A program made the position numbers and the translations under genes. A DNA stretch of 64,000 nt, taken from Vicugna vicugna. Its lineage: Eukaryota. The stretch lies in the NCBI GenBank assembly GCA_013265495.1, contig MU058241.1, forward strand, positions 186,001-250,000, read 5' to 3'. Within the stretch, counting starts at the first letter, position 1. Each line of letters starts with the position of its first letter. Positions 10,321 through 24,199 of this stretch are shown here, in pieces. The notes below the pieces were generated by a model. The model worked only from the letters and a program-made list of their open reading frames with translations. It had not been told where the DNA came from and searched no databases.

Positions 10321-11489
10321 GTCCTAAACAGTTTTGATTATCGGCTGGCTTGTCCAGGTGACTTGGGATTGCCCCCTAGGTGGAAAGAAGGCAGTCCATT
10401 TTCATCAGTACAAATGAAGAAAACGGGTTTGTTAAGCAAAGAGAAGCAGTAGTGTGATATTATAAAACTATGTGTTCATTTGTGTTGAACTCCAGGTTCA
10501 TTTTGTACCTGGGGTGGTCTGATTCCAGATACCTTAGGGAATGAGGGGGAATTAAAGTGAGGAAGTGTTCCAAATTTGTTATTTCCTAAATGTTATGTAT
10601 TTTCTCCTCGGGCTACCCAAATCCTATTTTTTTAAGCACCCACCTTTGGTATCCACCTCTCTGAAGTCTGCCCCAACACATCCTGCAGTCTTTCTCAAAA
10701 CAAGTAGAGACAAACAGCATCCAAGGAGCTGTATCCTATAACGAGGCACTTGCTTGTAGCTCTCACAAGGGTTGCCTTGAAGGCATGGGTTTTACTCTTG
10801 GAAATGTCTTGCGAGCCGGAAGTACATCTCTTCCTTTTTTGTTTTGCAAGGCCCTGATGTGGGATCAGGGGCATGATCTGCGAGTCAGATCCTGGGCAAG
10901 TTTTCCATTTCACTGCTGTTTAAAAAAAAAACTTACACAGCTTGGTAATGAAAGTACGTAGTCTTTCAGAACCTACTTTCAAAGACATGATGTTAGGTCA
11001 GCGTCTGAGGGGATTCAGGGAGAGCAAAAACTGTCTGGTGGCAAGGAGTATGAAGGAGATTCAGGGAAAAGGGAGATGCCATATGGGTACATGGTGAGGA
11101 AATTGCTCTCTTGATTGCTAGAAAGCCTGCCTGCTGGAGCAACAAGGCAGTGCCTCCTGCTTTAGCTGGCTGGGGGGACAGAGTCCCCCAACTTTGGGAG
11201 TCAGGAGGGGCAGCAAATGAACCAGCTAAGCAAACAGCCAGAGTACAAACTAGGGCATCCTGACCCAATTATCTTAACCAGTGTGCACCTCGTTCCTCCT
11301 CTCAGTGGTAGAGAGACATCGTGAATGTTTTGAGGAATTTTTACAGCAAGCCCGTTAACAGTTTTACAGCTAGAACCACCTGGGGTGCTCTAATTCCAGA
11401 TAATTCAGAGTGAAGTGGAAGAAAGGACTGCAGTCATTTTAGCATTTGATTGGAGCTGAGCCTTCTATAAAGTTCATTTCTGTTGCTCA

Positions 11490-11590
11490 TTATCTGTGTG
11501 GTACAAATTACTCAAATTCTGCAAGCCTCAGTTTTCTTATCTGCAAAATGGGAGCAATGGCTTATAGTACAGATTAAATGATATGTCATA
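11490..11590 (+). mobile_element. MIR core
   Basis: agcctcagttttcttatctgcaaaatggg. Confidence 0.75.
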
Positions 11591-12207
11591 GAGAGCTACC
11601 TCAAATGCTGCATATAGACAAAAACTTACCCACATTTCCCCCTGTTGCATCATAACTTATTGAACACATGTAAGAATTTAATTCCAGTTCAAAGCAAATC
11701 TCAACAATATCTATAACTAGTAAAGAAAGCTCTCTTTTGCTATTTTAAATGCCTCTTTTCTTCTGTGAACTCTATTTCGTAGTTAAAGTGGTGGCTATGA
11801 GCCCCAAAGATACTGAACCAGGATTATAAATTATAGGTGCTAAATCAAGGCTGCTCTTTGGGCCAAAAGAAGCATTTAAAAGTAATGGTCATACTGGATA
11901 GAGTGACTTGAGCCCAAAGAATAGAGTATGGAAAGTGAAAACAAAAAGGAGCTACAGTTGAGAAGCCAGGCTGTTCAGCTCCAGAGCTCTCATTCCTTCC
12001 ATTATATCAGTCAGCCTTCATGGAAGAAAGAAAAGTAAATAGACTAGGATGCTTTAAAAATAATCTTTCATTCCCCCTCAAACATGTTTAACGTCTCAGC
12101 TAATAATGGACATTTCAGGCAAACCAATTTCCATATGGCTCCTTCATTCCTGCCCTCCAGCTTTTCCACATGCTGGTTCCCCAGTGTTTGGAATGTGCTT
12201 TCATTTC

Positions 12208-14524
12208 TTTTTTTTTTTTACATTTTTTATTGATTCATAATCATTTTACAGTGTTGTGTCAAATTCCAGTGTTCAGCACAATTTTTCAGTCATTCATGGA
12301 CATATACACACTCATTGTCACATTTTTTTCTCTGTGATTTATCATAACATTTTGTGTATATTTCCCTGTGCTATACAGTGTAATCTTGTTTATCTATTCT
12401 ACAATTTTGAAATCCCAGTCTATCCCTTCCCACCCTCTACCCCCCTGGTAACCACAAGTCTGTATTCTCTGTCCATGAGTCTATTTCTGTCCTGTATTTA
12501 TGCTTTGTTTTTGTTTGTTTGTTTGTTTTTGTTTTTTAGATTCCACATATGAGCGATCTCATATGGTATTTTTCTTTCTCTTTCTGGCTTACTTCACTTA
12601 GAATGACATTCTCTAGGAGCATCCATGTTGCTGCAAATGGCATTATGTTGTCGGTTTTTATGGCTGAGTAGTATTCCATTGTATAAATATACCACATCTT
12701 CTTTATCCAGTCACCTGTTGATGGACATTTAGGCTGTTTCCATGTTTTGGCTATTGTAAATAGTGCTGCTATGAACATTGGGGTGCAGGTGTCATCCTGA
12801 AGTAGATTTCCTTCTGGGTACAAGCCCAGGAGTGGGATTCCTGGGTCATATGGTAAGTCTATTCCTAGTCTTTTGAGGAATCTCCACACTGTTTTCCATA
12901 GTGGCTGCACCAAACTGCATTCCCACCAGCAGTGTAGGAGGGTTCCCCTTTCTCCACAGCCTCTCCAGCATTTGTCATTTTTGGATTTTTGAATGACGGC
13001 CATTCTGACTGGTGTGAGGTGATACCTCATTGTAGTTTTGATTTGCATTTCTCTGATAATTAGTGATATTGAACATTTTTTCATGTGCTTTTTGATCATT
13101 TGTATGTCTTCCTTGGAGAATTGCTTGTTTAGGTCTTCTGCCCATTTTTGGATTGGGTTGTTTATTTTTTTCTTATTGAGTCGTATGAGCTGCTTATATA
13201 TTTTGGAGATCAAGCCTTTGTCGGTTTCACTTGCAAAAATTTTCTCCCATTCCGTAGGTTTTCTTCTTGTTTTATTTCTGGTTTCCTTTGCTCTGCAGAA
13301 GCTTGTAAGTTTCATTAGGTCCCATTTGTTTATTCTTGCTTTTATTTCTTCTAGGAGAAAATTTTTGAAATGTATGTCAGATAATGTTTTGCCTATGTTT
13401 TCCTCTAGGAGGTTTATTGTATCTTGTCTTATGTTTAAGTCTTTAATCCATTTTGAGTTGATTTTTGTATATGGTGTAAGGGTGTGTTCTAGCTTCATTG
13501 TTTTACATGCTGCTGTCCAGTTTTCCCAACACCATTTGCTGAAGAGACTGTCTTTATTCCATTGTATATTCTTGCCTCCTTTGTCGAAGATGAGTTGACC
13601 AAAAGTTTGTGGGTTCATTTCTGGGCTCTCTATTCTGTTCCATTGGTCTATATGTCTGTTTTGGTACCAATACCATGCTGTCTTGATGACTGTAGCTCTA
13701 TAGTATTGTCTGAAGTCTGGGAGAGTTATTCCTCCAGCCTCTTTCTTTCTCTTCAGTAATGCTTTAGCAATTCTAGGTCTTTGATGGTTCCATATAAATT
13801 TTATTATGATTTGTTCTAGTTCTGTGAAATATGTCCTGGGTAATTGGATAGGGATTGCATTAAATCTGTAGATTGCCTTGGGCAGTGTGACCATTTTAAC
13901 AATATTGATTCTTCCAATCCAAGAGCATGGAATATCTTTCCATTTTTTAAAGTCTTCTTTAATTTCCTTCATCAATGGTTTATAGTTTTCTGTGTATAAT
14001 TCTTTCGCCTCCTTGGTTAGATTTATTCCCAGATATTTTATTACTTTGGGTGCTATTTTAAAGGGGATTGTTTCTTTACTTTCTTTTTCTGTTGATTTAT
14101 CGTTAGTGTAAAGAAAGGCAACTGATTTTTGAACATTAATTTTGTAACCTGCTACCTTGCTGAATTCTTCAATCAGCTCTAGTAGCTTTTTTGTGGACCT
14201 TTTAGGGTTTTCTATATATAGTAACATGTCGTCAGCATATAATGACACTTTTACCTCTTCTTTTCCAATTTGGATCCCTTTTATTTCTTTCTCTTGCCTG
14301 ATTGCTGTGGCTAGGACTTCCAGGACTATATTGAATAGGAGTGGTGATAGTGGGCATCCTTGTCTTGTCCCAGATTTTAGTGGGAAGCTTTTGAGTTTTT
14401 CACCGTTGAGAACTATGCTGGCTATAGGTTTGTCATATATAGCTTTTATTATGTTGAGATATGTTCCCTCTATACCCACTTTGGCGAGAGTTTTTATCAT
14501 AAATGGGTGTTGAATTTTATCAAA
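12208..14524 (-). mobile_element. Young 5'-truncated L1 with poly(A) and target-site duplication
   Basis: TSD ggaatgtgctttcatttc(ttt) at 12190-12207(10) and 14525-14542(45); T-tract 12208-12219; AATAAA on minus at 12226-12231; uninterrupted ORF2. Confidence 0.97.
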
Positions 14525-14539
14525 GGAATGTGCTTTCAT
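12536..14539 (-). CDS. L1 ORF2p C-terminal half (partial RT + cysteine-rich domain), 667-aa open frame; first 5 aa come from the TSD
   Basis: [52 protein letters not shown]; no stops or frameshifts; expression not shown. Confidence 0.85.
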   Translation of the reverse strand: MKAHSFDKIQHPFMIKTLAKVGIEGTYLNIIKAIYDKPIASIVLNGEKLKSFPLKSGTRQGCPLSPLLFNIVLEVLATAIRQEKEIKGIQIGKEEVKVSLYADDMLLYIENPKRSTKKLLELIEEFSKVAGYKINVQKSVAFLYTNDKSTEKESKETIPFKIAPKVIKYLGINLTKEAKELYTENYKPLMKEIKEDFKKWKDIPCSWIGRINIVKMVTLPKAIYRFNAIPIQLPRTYFTELEQIIIKFIWNHQRPRIAKALLKRKKEAGGITLPDFRQYYRATVIKTAWYWYQNRHIDQWNRIESPEMNPQTFGQLIFDKGGKNIQWNKDSLFSKWCWENWTAACKTMKLEHTLTPYTKINSKWIKDLNIRQDTINLLEENIGKTLSDIHFKNFLLEEIKARINKWDLMKLTSFCRAKETRNKTRRKPTEWEKIFASETDKGLISKIYKQLIRLNKKKINNPIQKWAEDLNKQFSKEDIQMIKKHMKKCSISLIIREMQIKTTMRYHLTPVRMAVIQKSKNDKCWRGCGERGTLLHCWWECSLVQPLWKTVWRFLKRLGIDLPYDPGIPLLGLYPEGNLLQDDTCTPMFIAALFTIAKTWKQPKCPSTGDWIKKMWYIYTMEYYSAIKTDNIMPFAATWMLLENVILSEVSQKEKEKYHMRSLICGI

Positions 14540-14899
14540 TTCTTTGCAAAAGCAGGTTCTTTCTCTCCTGCAAAACAGTGCTCAAGGCACCGCCTTCATC
14601 TAATCTTCTTAGATAAGCCCCACCTAATCTGAACCTAGTCTAGTCTCTCCCACAACTGCCAAGGCTTAATTGGGTGTATGGGGCTAGGTGCCTGTCACAC
14701 ACAGGCACCTGCCCACATCTGCAGGGTGGGTGTGTACGTGTATATGCAATGGGTGGGTGCTTTTAGAGGGTTGCTCTGTACAAAGCTTTGTGGAGAATGT
14801 GGAGTTGAATAAGGCACACTCTTCACCCTCAGGGAAGAAAATAGGCATAGAAACAACAGATTACAAATGTTAAAACAGGCAAAAGAATGCAAAGGCAGG

Positions 14900-15310
14900 G
14901 AAGATCAGGGTTGGCTTCTTGAAAAGTCAGGTCATCTGTGAAAGCTGAGAAGCGCTTGCCAGTGTGGAGAGGGCCAGGGCAGTCTGGCAAGGCCACAGTA
15001 CAAACAGCATGGTGGCAGCAGAGGTGAGAATGATGGCGTTGTGGTTGGAATGCAGATGCGGTCAGAGGCCCTGGAGACCAAGGGATGTGTATGTTGGGGG
15101 AGGCTTCCAGAAGAAAAATGGTGGCAGTGCAATTGGGGCCACGTGAAAGAAGGCTTAGGATTCCATGTGAACGGGTGCAGCTTTATTCTGTGAGCTGTGG
15201 GAGCCCATTGCTGATTCCTGGGGAGGTTGAAGTCCATTTTAGAAGACCCCCATTGGCAGTGATGTGATGGATGCAGTCGATGGGGTGGAGGTGAATGATT
15301 GTGGTGCAGG
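14900..15310 (-). mobile_element. L2 fragment
   Basis: gctttattctgtgagctgtgggagcccattg..cattttagaagacccccattggcag resembles antisense L2 3' region. Confidence 0.6.
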
Positions 15311-17869
15311 TTCTCGTCAGTCAGTTACACTTTTCCCCCCTATTTGTGATGAAGCACCTGAGGGCCTGCTCTGTGATTCCTGCATCTTTGCTGGCAGAAA
15401 CCCCGCCCTCCCCCAATGCCTGCCGTCCAGAGGGCATTTCCCACTGCCCTGCAGAGAATGGATGCTCTGTACCTGTTGTAAGTTTGGCAGTTGTCTGAGA
15501 CTAGAACCACAAAGCTTCACAAATTGTGTAAGCACCTTAAACGTGTTCCATGAAAGGGATGAACCACTCGGAGTGTTACAGAACACGTTTTCTGGGTAGC
15601 TTCTTGGCTTGTGTGCTGAGAACATTATGGTGGTGACCCTGCCCCCTCCCTCAAATGATTAGCTTCTAGCAAGGGGCTGATTCCTGGAGTAGGATGCCTT
15701 CATGCGTGGCACACCTTGCTCCATCCAGGTGAACCTGGAATAGCTTTTGAAACTACACTTACCGTATCTATGAAGAGGGTTCATCTCAGCCTGACCCTGA
15801 GACAGTGAGAGAGAAATCATCCTGCCACAGACCTGCCTAAAAGCATCTCTGCATCACAGAAACCGAAGATATTTTAAGAGGCAGAACCGCACTCACTCAG
15901 AAGCAGAGCAAGTGTACTGTTAGCTTTTGTGTAGAAGTTGCCACAGCAACGCGAGTCAGTCCTTCCCCCACTTCCCAGCCTCTCCTAAAATCTGCTCCAA
16001 CGCATTGTCCTAGAAGAATACTGAGCTGAGAAATGGTATCTTTTGCTTGCTAAGAATGTCATTATCTTTGATCAATGTGAGCGTAGCCCCAAAATGAGAT
16101 GCAAAGAGCGTTGCTTTTAAGAAATAATATCACAGAAAGAATAAAAATGATGAAAATGGAGTTCTCATCCAGCCACACCAAAAATAACCCTCCCCCTCCC
16201 CTTGCTTATCTGGAAAGAAGTGAAGCAGCCCTGGCTGGCCCTGGGAATGCGTTTCTTAGAGGCTGTGGTGCCCAACCCAGGTATGGTTGAGTGCCATGCT
16301 TATTTCTTACTGCCTTTGACCCCGGTGTGGAAAAATAAGGTAGGGAAACCAATCATTTGTTACTATTTCCTTGTACCAGTCTTTGCACAGCTCTGCATCT
16401 CATCAAGCAAGACGATTTCCAGAGAAGGCAAAACAGGTCATACAGCATGCTTGGCTGAACACAAGGCTAGACGCCCAAGGAACAGCCAGTGAGTCACCCG
16501 CTACACCGGACATAGTGACAAATGGAAAGTGTCAGAATTCTGGTGTGGGGAAGCCACTGGGGGAGTCGGAAGAGCCTTGTCTCTGTCCCAAGACAGATGC
16601 ATTCAGCACTGCTGCAGTGAGTTGAGCTGAATTTGGGTTCTGTCTTACCTCACCGGTCCTGTGCGGGCAGAGACGTCGTCTGTGTGGTTAAGAATTGATG
16701 GGTCCCTGAAGTCGCAGAACTGGAGAGAGCCTTAGAATTTATCTTGCCTGAGACCTTCGTTCTGCTGATGAGTGAAACGAGCCCAAGAGAAACTGAGCCC
16801 TAGACGGGATGGCAGAGTGTATTCCCTCCAACTCAGTGGCCTCCTGGCTGCCTGGTTTTCCATCACATTATGCTTCAGAAGGAGACGTTCTGGCCTCTGC
16901 AGTGAGTGTCTCTGGGTTGGACTGCCTTCATTTCCGGGAAATTCTTACTCTGAAATTCTTCATGTGGTGGCCCAAGCTCGCCTGCTTTTGCATCCACATC
17001 AGAGACAAGTAGCCCAAAGTATCCGAAACCGTTCTTTAGAACCTCCCAAGCAACAATGAAAGGATCAAAGCAAACGTTAACCACCAATCTATCCCTTTTC
17101 CGAGGAATTATAGCAAAGCTCAGGGTGTTGCCCCTGGCAGTGAAGTTTGTTCCTGACTGTTGTTCACGTCATCCCAAGCCGTTTTCTGTTTTCCTGGTTT
17201 AGATGTATGGATGCTTCTGCAAGGAAGAATGTGACTCTTGAGAGTGACAAAGGCAAGATGGTTCACCTTCCTGCTGGGCCCTGGACTTGGTGGACCTGAG
17301 CTAATTTGCATGCCTGATTTAGCTTTTACTGCCACCTGCTGGAGCCCTGTCGTGCACCTCTGACGCATCTCTGCCCTAATGTGGCTTTGTCCCTCAGAGA
17401 GCTTCCGTCCCCTCTAACGTTCTGTCCTCTCACCTGGCCATCAGGTCCAGAGAGCTGTGCTAGCACACGTACCGTCAGGGCCAGCATCCTCACCGAGCCT
17501 CCTACTTCCCCAGTCCTCAGTGCTTCCCAGTCTCAGTCACAGATCCCAGTATCTCCTCAAGATGCTTCTCGCGCCTTAGACTTGGACTTGTGAGTTCACT
17601 TTGGAGTGGAGACTTCTGTCCTTTGTGCTTGTTGTTTTAGAAACTAATGTTCTCAGAGATCCACGAAGTAGTACCAGCATTTGTCACACCATGATCAAAG
17701 AGGATCCGGACCGTTGGGAAGGGATGTTGTCTAGTTCGTGTTTTTCCATTGGTACCACAGGAAGAAGGAGGTAGTTCAGATTCAAAAATACAGTCATGAT
17801 AGTGGCCATGTTTTGCAGCCACTTCCTCTGAGCAAAACATCACTTGATAATTTAACATATATGGTTTTA

Positions 17870-18033
17870 AAAATATTTTATTTATTTATTATTACACCAT
17901 TTAATTATTTTATTTTGGCAGTGGTGGAGAGGTAATTAGGTTTAATTATTTTTAGAGGAGGTGCTGGGGATTGAACCTAGGATGTTATGCATGGTAAGCG
18001 TGTGCTCTACCACTTGAGCTATACCTTCCACCC
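17870..18033 (-). mobile_element. Camelid tRNA-derived SINE (vic-1 type)
   Basis: gaggtaattaggttt tail; ggggattgaacctagg..tgcatggtaagcgtgtgctctaccacttgagctatacc head; atggtttt on both flanks. Confidence 0.9.
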
Positions 18034-18417
18034 TAGGATGGTTTTTATAGGAGAAGGAAACATGTAAAAATCAATTTTTGATTTTTATTTTAGACAGATT
18101 AATATATAGCATATTTTACAGAATTTTTGTGTCTTCTAAATTATAAAACAGTTAACTGTTCAAGAAAGAATATTTAGAAATTAAAGACAAAAAGAGGAGA
18201 ATAGAAATCACCAAAATCTTATCACCGTGAGGTAACCAGCGGTAACAGTATGTTCATATATTTTGAACATGACATATGCATATATATTTATAGAATTGTA
18301 AACACTAGTTTGTGCATTGATCACTGTGTCCTTAGCATTTCCCCAGGTCATTATATATTCTTCAAAAAAATAGAAATTAGTGATGATATACCATTCTACC
18401 TAAGGATATACTGTTTT

Positions 18418-19229
18418 TTAAAAATTATAATTGATTTACAATGCTGTGTTTCTGGTGTACAGTACAGCATAGTGATTCAGTTATACATATACATATATTC
18501 TTTTTCATATACTTTTTCATGATAGGTTATTACAAGATACTTAATATAGTTCCCTGTGTTATACAGTTAAGACCTTGTTGTTAATCTATTTTATGCATAG
18601 TAGTTTGTATCTGCTAATCCCAAACTCCTAATTTACACCTCCCCAACCCCCTTTCCCCTTTGGTAACCATAAGTTTGTCTTCTATGTCTGTGAGTGTGTT
18701 TGTGTTTTGTAAATAAGTTCATTTCTGTCATATTTTAGATTCCACATATAAGTGGTATCATATGATACTTGTCTTTCTCTATCTGACTTACTTCACTTAC
18801 TATGATAATCTCTAGGTTCATCCATGTTGTGGCAAATGGCATTATTCCATTCTTTTTTATGGCTGAGTAGTATTCTACTATATACATATGTGTATATATA
18901 CTATATTTTATATATATATCATATCTTCTTTATCCATTCATCTGTCGCTTGACATTTAGGTTGCTTCCATGTCTTGGCTATTACAAATAGTGCTGTTATG
19001 AACCTTAGGGTGCATGTATCTTTTCAAGTTAGAGTTTTCTCTGGATTTATGCCCAGGAGTGGGATTACTGGATCATATGGTAACTCTAGTTTTATTTTTC
19101 TTAAGGAAATTCCATATGCTTTTCCATAGTGGCTGCACCAATTTACTTTCCCACCAACTGTGTAGGAGGGTTCCCTTTCCTCCATACCCTCTCCAGTATT
19201 TGTCGTTTGTGGCCTTTATAGTGATGGAG
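18418..19229 (-). mobile_element. Cetartiodactyl-type L1 3' fragment with TSD, inserted in an older L1ME remnant
   Basis: ttgatttacaatg..catagtgattcagttatacat..ctgctaatcccaaactcctaa; TSD ggatatactgtttt 18404-18417 / ggatgtactgtttt 19230-19243. Confidence 0.9.
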
Positions 19230-19654
19230 GGATGTACTGTTTTAATTAACTACTGCTCCATTGTCTGCCATTTAGGTGATGTCTAATTTTAGTCACCGCA
19301 TCTCAAGAACATTAAAGAACCCGTGATTTGCTAAATGACTATTGAAGCAAAACTTGGGAATTGTGGTTCTTTTCTTAACTTGTGACATGATTCCAGTTTC
19401 AGAAATCACTCATTGACAATGTGATGCATAATTAATGTGGGCATTTGGGATTGCTGATAGGAGTTCTAACTCCAGCAGTCTCAGTCTGCAGAGATGGGTT
19501 GAGCAGGTGTACCGTCTCTGTAGGTGTTGGCTTACTAGTATGTGGCACAGAGAGACCAATTGAGCTGCAGTTATGTGAACTTGAATCCTTCCAACAAACC
19601 CGTATGTACAAAACTCATATCTGGGCTTTAAAAAATCCTGATCATCTGAGGCTG

Positions 19655-19897
19655 TGCATCTCACTGGGGTGGGTTGGGGTTCAGTGCTTTTGCCTCCCCA
19701 ATCCCCTTCTGCCCAGGCCACTGGGGAATGTCTTGCAACCTTTTTGGACAATTTTGGATAACTGGGGGGAGGGTGCTACTGGCATCTCACGAGTAGACAC
19801 CAGGGACATTGCTAAAGACACTACTGCACAGACAGCAGCTCCACAACAAAGAATGATCTGCCCCACATGTCTGCGGTGCCGAGGTTGAGAAAACCTG
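19655..19897 (+). mobile_element. MER20 hAT MITE
   Basis: gggtgctactggcatct..acaacaaagaatgatctgcccca..gtgccgaggttgagaaacctg. Confidence 0.85.
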
Positions 19898-21519
19898 ATC
19901 TTGCAGGTAAAGAGAAAGTCTGATAACAGGTGCACTAACCAGTACAGAACTGAGCAGCTCTGATTTGAATTGAGAGAGATGATCAGTGTGCCTTCCTTTC
20001 TGATACCTGTATGCACCTATCCATTTGGTAACTGAAGATCAGATTGGAGCACTTCTGCAGAGAGCTGCTTTTCATTTCCTCCTCCTTTTCAGGGACAGAA
20101 ACTCAGCACCTCTGTCATCACAGATCCAGAACTCTCAGGACACTTGCTTGTAGGCTGGCCAGGGACATCTTTGTACACATTGGGTTGCTTTTTGAGTGCA
20201 CGTGTCTCTCAGAGATGCCTTCTTCATTCACTGCTCTATACTCTTGATTTCCTTTACATCATTTCTTTCCTTGTTTCAGAAGAATAATGCCTGATCTGTC
20301 CACACCAAGGGATACTGTAATTGTCGTATGACATAAGTAGGGCTCACCTTTCATATATTTGATATTTCTAAGCGTCATGTGTTTGTGCATATTATAGGTT
20401 GACACTCCAGAATTGCCTGTTACGTACTGCATGTTGTGTGTGTCAGCTGAGGAATGGGCGTGACTACTTGTGACTGAGAGTTACCCTTTGTTGCTGCTTA
20501 CTTTCTTTTCAGCAGAATGGCTTTCTTGATATAGAAGTGTGTTTTGGTGTATTTGCTTTTTTGCTATATTGCTGCCTTCTACTTTTCTTCTTTAAATATG
20601 AATGGAAAAGGAAAAAAGGAAGTTCTAGTGCCATGAAAAGAATTGTAGGTTTCATAAACTTAATACAGTTGCAACCAAAATGAAAGTAATTTGACGTATC
20701 AGAAGCACCCACTCTTTAACCCCAGTCAGATGCCCATCAGCTCTAGGACTGTAAATGATCTAAGATGATCAGTAATAAAAGAAAATAAATTTAACGAACA
20801 TGTACACCATACTGAACATATACTGCTGAAGAGCATGTCTCTAGGATGAAGTTTTATAGGATTATATATAAGTCTCCTCTTGGACATGCTGTCCAGGGTG
20901 ATTGTTTTAACTGTTCACTTTTATCAGAGTGACCTTTGGCATACATTTTCAGGACCATGTTGTGTCTGAAAATAGAGGTTAGCTTCTGGTGGAAAGCGTT
21001 ACCACTCTCCGTGGCTAAAGACCATCTGCAATATGTGAGGCAAAAAAGAAGAAATTAAGAAATACAGTATTTCTGCTTTGATCTCCAAAATGAATTGCTG
21101 CTTCTTCTTTTTTTTTTTAAAGACCTCTGTCATAATTTCAAATATTAATGGCCATTAAAGGAAACTATGTGTTTTTGTATCTTACCAATAGGAATGAATC
21201 CCATGTATTTCATTTCACAACACACGAAGTACTTCTGTCTTGCCAATTATTTGAAGTCTGGACATTATTTAAACAAATACCTTACCTTGAGAATAGAATT
21301 GCAAGGAGACCCCACATTCATGAAATAGATTTCCTGCCATGGGTAGAAATGCACATTTGATGAAATTTTTCTCTCTACTACATTTTTTCTCACTTTTCAC
21401 TTTTTTTTAAATTAAAAAGTTTTTTTTTTTTTCAATTCTTTAAAGCATTGCCTTAAATCTTTTCAGGAATAAGGGGAGAGTGGGGTGGGGACGAGGAAGT
21501 TGACTGTTGACTCTCAGAA

Positions 21520-21760
21520 TTAAGGCTGTGGGTTGTGGAATCAGATAAACTGAGTATTCATTTGGATTCTACAACTTGCCAGGGGTCTGTGTGGCCCAGG
21601 GCACATTGTTTAATTTCTTTGTGCGTTGATTTTCTCAAGTGAAACACAGAAATAGTAGGAGGATGTAAGTTACAGGGTCATTAGAGAGATGAGTGAGACA
21701 GCTCACGACATGTGCTTAGCATGCTGTCTGGCTTAATAAGTGGTCACTGTCATGATTATT
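21520..21760 (+). mobile_element. MIR, near full length
   Basis: tggaatcagataaactgag..gtgcttagcatgctgtctggcttaataagtggtca. Confidence 0.75.
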
Positions 21761-23282
21761 ACCCCGACCCTCCCACCTCCCTGCCTCTGCAGGTGGATGA
21801 TTCCGATAGTTGCCTTTCTGCACTGGACGCACATTACTGCCCTTTCACAGGGGAGAGAATGGGACTCAGTGCTCACTGACTTCTCAGATCCCTGGGAACG
21901 TAATGCCCACCTAGCCAGAGAGAGTTCCCAGATGCACTCAGATGCCTTCTCAGACTATCTAAGCATCGTCACTGCTGGCCTGGCCCAGAAGAAAACAGTG
22001 ACAGACATCGAAAGGGGAAGACACTCTCTGACTCTTCAGTTGTTTGACTCAATACGTCTTTCACTAATAGTCATTGACTGTTCCATGTTTGCAGAAACTG
22101 TGGAAATTGCTTCCCACTGCAGCTTTTCCCTCCTTACAAAAACATTCGTCAGTGGCTGATTGGTGGCAGTTCTGATGGTAACGGATTTCATCAAGTGTAC
22201 AGATTTTCTCTTTGGAGATTACAGCACTAATAAATGAGTCATGAGGACTTCTATCACACGATAAAAGAGCTCCTTGCTTTCATCAGTCCTTCATGTTATG
22301 AGCTGCACAATAAGAAAGCGCCTCCTCAGCTTCCCAGGGTCCCAGCTGGACTCTTTAGGGTGAGGGTCATGAGCTGCCCACGAAGACCTGCACAGTGATG
22401 TTGAGGGGCGGGGTGTTTCCTAGGCCGTATTTGTTCTAGATGTGTCTTCCTAGTATGCCGTTTGTTCAGATGGAGCACCACAGATAACGCTAAAATGGCT
22501 GCACAATTTGATGGAAAGGTCAGCTGGATTTTCTTTCCACATTTTGTAGACTCAACAATACTTAACAGGCCCTCCCCTTCCTCCCCACCAAAAAAGTCAG
22601 TCGTATTTTGAAGAGCTGTTTTGGTGTTAGACTTAGCGAGCTGCATTGCTATTGAGATCAGCTGAAGCTCAACACTGACATTTTTACTGAAAAAGAGGCA
22701 GCACTTTTAGGATCAGATAGACAAAGTCATTACAGGTTTCATCTCTGAGTATAAACTGCTCAGGATCAAAGGATTCCTATCCCCCAGGACTTTATAAGAA
22801 CAGGAGTCAATGATGTCTTGCCCTCATCCGTTTAGAATATCTTTAAACTAGATGTTGGATAATTTCTTTGCACATTACAAGAGTCTATATGTTAAGGTAA
22901 AGTAGGAACTCTTTGCTTAATTTTCTCAGTTGTTGTGTCAGGGCAGCTGTCAGAGCTGAGCCATAGGGTGACAGGTTCAATTTTAAGTGAAATCAGACCC
23001 TCCTCGGCAGCTGACCACATTCCCTCACCTTCATGTATGCCTTGGGCCACCGTGGGTCCCCAGCACCCCCTCCAGCTGGGGACTGGGCTTGGAGCTTTGC
23101 ATCGTTGGATGTTCTGACGGTTTTGTGTTGTCAGCTCTGTTTCATTTAGACTCTGCCGAGTTTAGTAGAAGCCATACAGCTGGACAAGCAAGCTCTATGG
23201 GCAGGTGAGATTGCAGTGAATCAGCCGACTCTAGTTCAAAACCCAGACCTGTGGTCTGGACAGTTGTCCAGGGGCTGGCGGG

Positions 23283-23621
23283 TGTCTTACTCCATTCAGG
23301 CTGCTGTGTGGAGTACTGCAGAGAGGGTGGCTTGTAAAGCACAGATGTCTGTCTCATGGTTCTGAAGGCTGAGAAGTCCAAGACCAAGGTGCAGACAGAT
23401 TTGGCGTCTGCTGAGGGTCTTCCTGGTTCTCACTGTGTCCTCACCTGGTGGAAGCGACAAGAAGTTCTCTGGAGCTTCTTTAACAAAGCACTGAGCCCAT
23501 TTATGTCTTCACCCTCCTGACCTAATCACCTCCCCAGAGGCCCCACCTCCTCATACCCTCCCATCGTGGATTCCTTCTGACATAGCATTTCTCTGGGGAT
23601 ACAGACATTCTGCCTGTAGCA
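23283..23621 (-). mobile_element. MaLR solo LTR (MLT1A-like)
   Basis: tgtcttactccattcaggctgct..gaagtccaagaccaaggtg..cctaatcacctccccagaggccccacctc..tagca. Confidence 0.85.
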
Positions 23622-23789
23622 GGAGGGGCCACCTCACCTCTCCAGGCCCCACTTGGCTCATCTATACCATGTGAGAGAGAAGAAATGATCGTAGGACCTC
23701 TTTCAGCTGTAGGATTTTAGTACTCTGGAAGGCTGGACGGGGTCCTCACAATTCTTCAGGACAGTGTGTTGTCGGGGTCTTCCTCCAGC

Positions 23790-24121
23790 TCGGGGGTTCT
23801 CAGAGTGTGTTCTGTGGAACATCAGCATCAGCAGCACCTGGAGGCCTGTTAGAATGCAAGTTCTCAGGCCCATCCCACACCTCCTGACTCAGAAGCTCTG
23901 TCCAGCAATCTGCGTTTTATTTAACAAGCCCACCAGATGGTTCTACTGCATTCCAGAGAAGCAGTTGTCTGACTTGGCTGTACCTGCAGAGTTTTGAAGA
24001 ATCCTGATGCCTGGACTCTGCCCCAGATGTCCTTGTTCATTTGGTCCAGGGAATGGCTCAGATGTTGGGAAGTTAAAGTTTCCTCAGGTGACTCTATATA
24101 CCATCAAGTCTGGAAACACTG
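23790..24121. mobile_element. Two adjacent MER5A/MER5B-type MITEs
   Basis: ttctcagagtgtg..catcagcagcacctgg..tttaacaagccc; then gatgcctggactctgccccaga..caggtgactcta..gaaacactg. Confidence 0.7.
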
Positions 24122-24199
24122 ATGCGGAAAGCTGACCAGTTAAGTGAGAATCTTGATGTGAGTTTTGGGGACCGAGGCCCAGGACTCTGAGTTTTAAGA

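Noticed and set aside
13038..13598. 186-aa plus-strand ORF (also 14157-14513 and 7344-7838)
   Set aside because: Antisense shadows of L1 ORF2/ORF1, not independent genes
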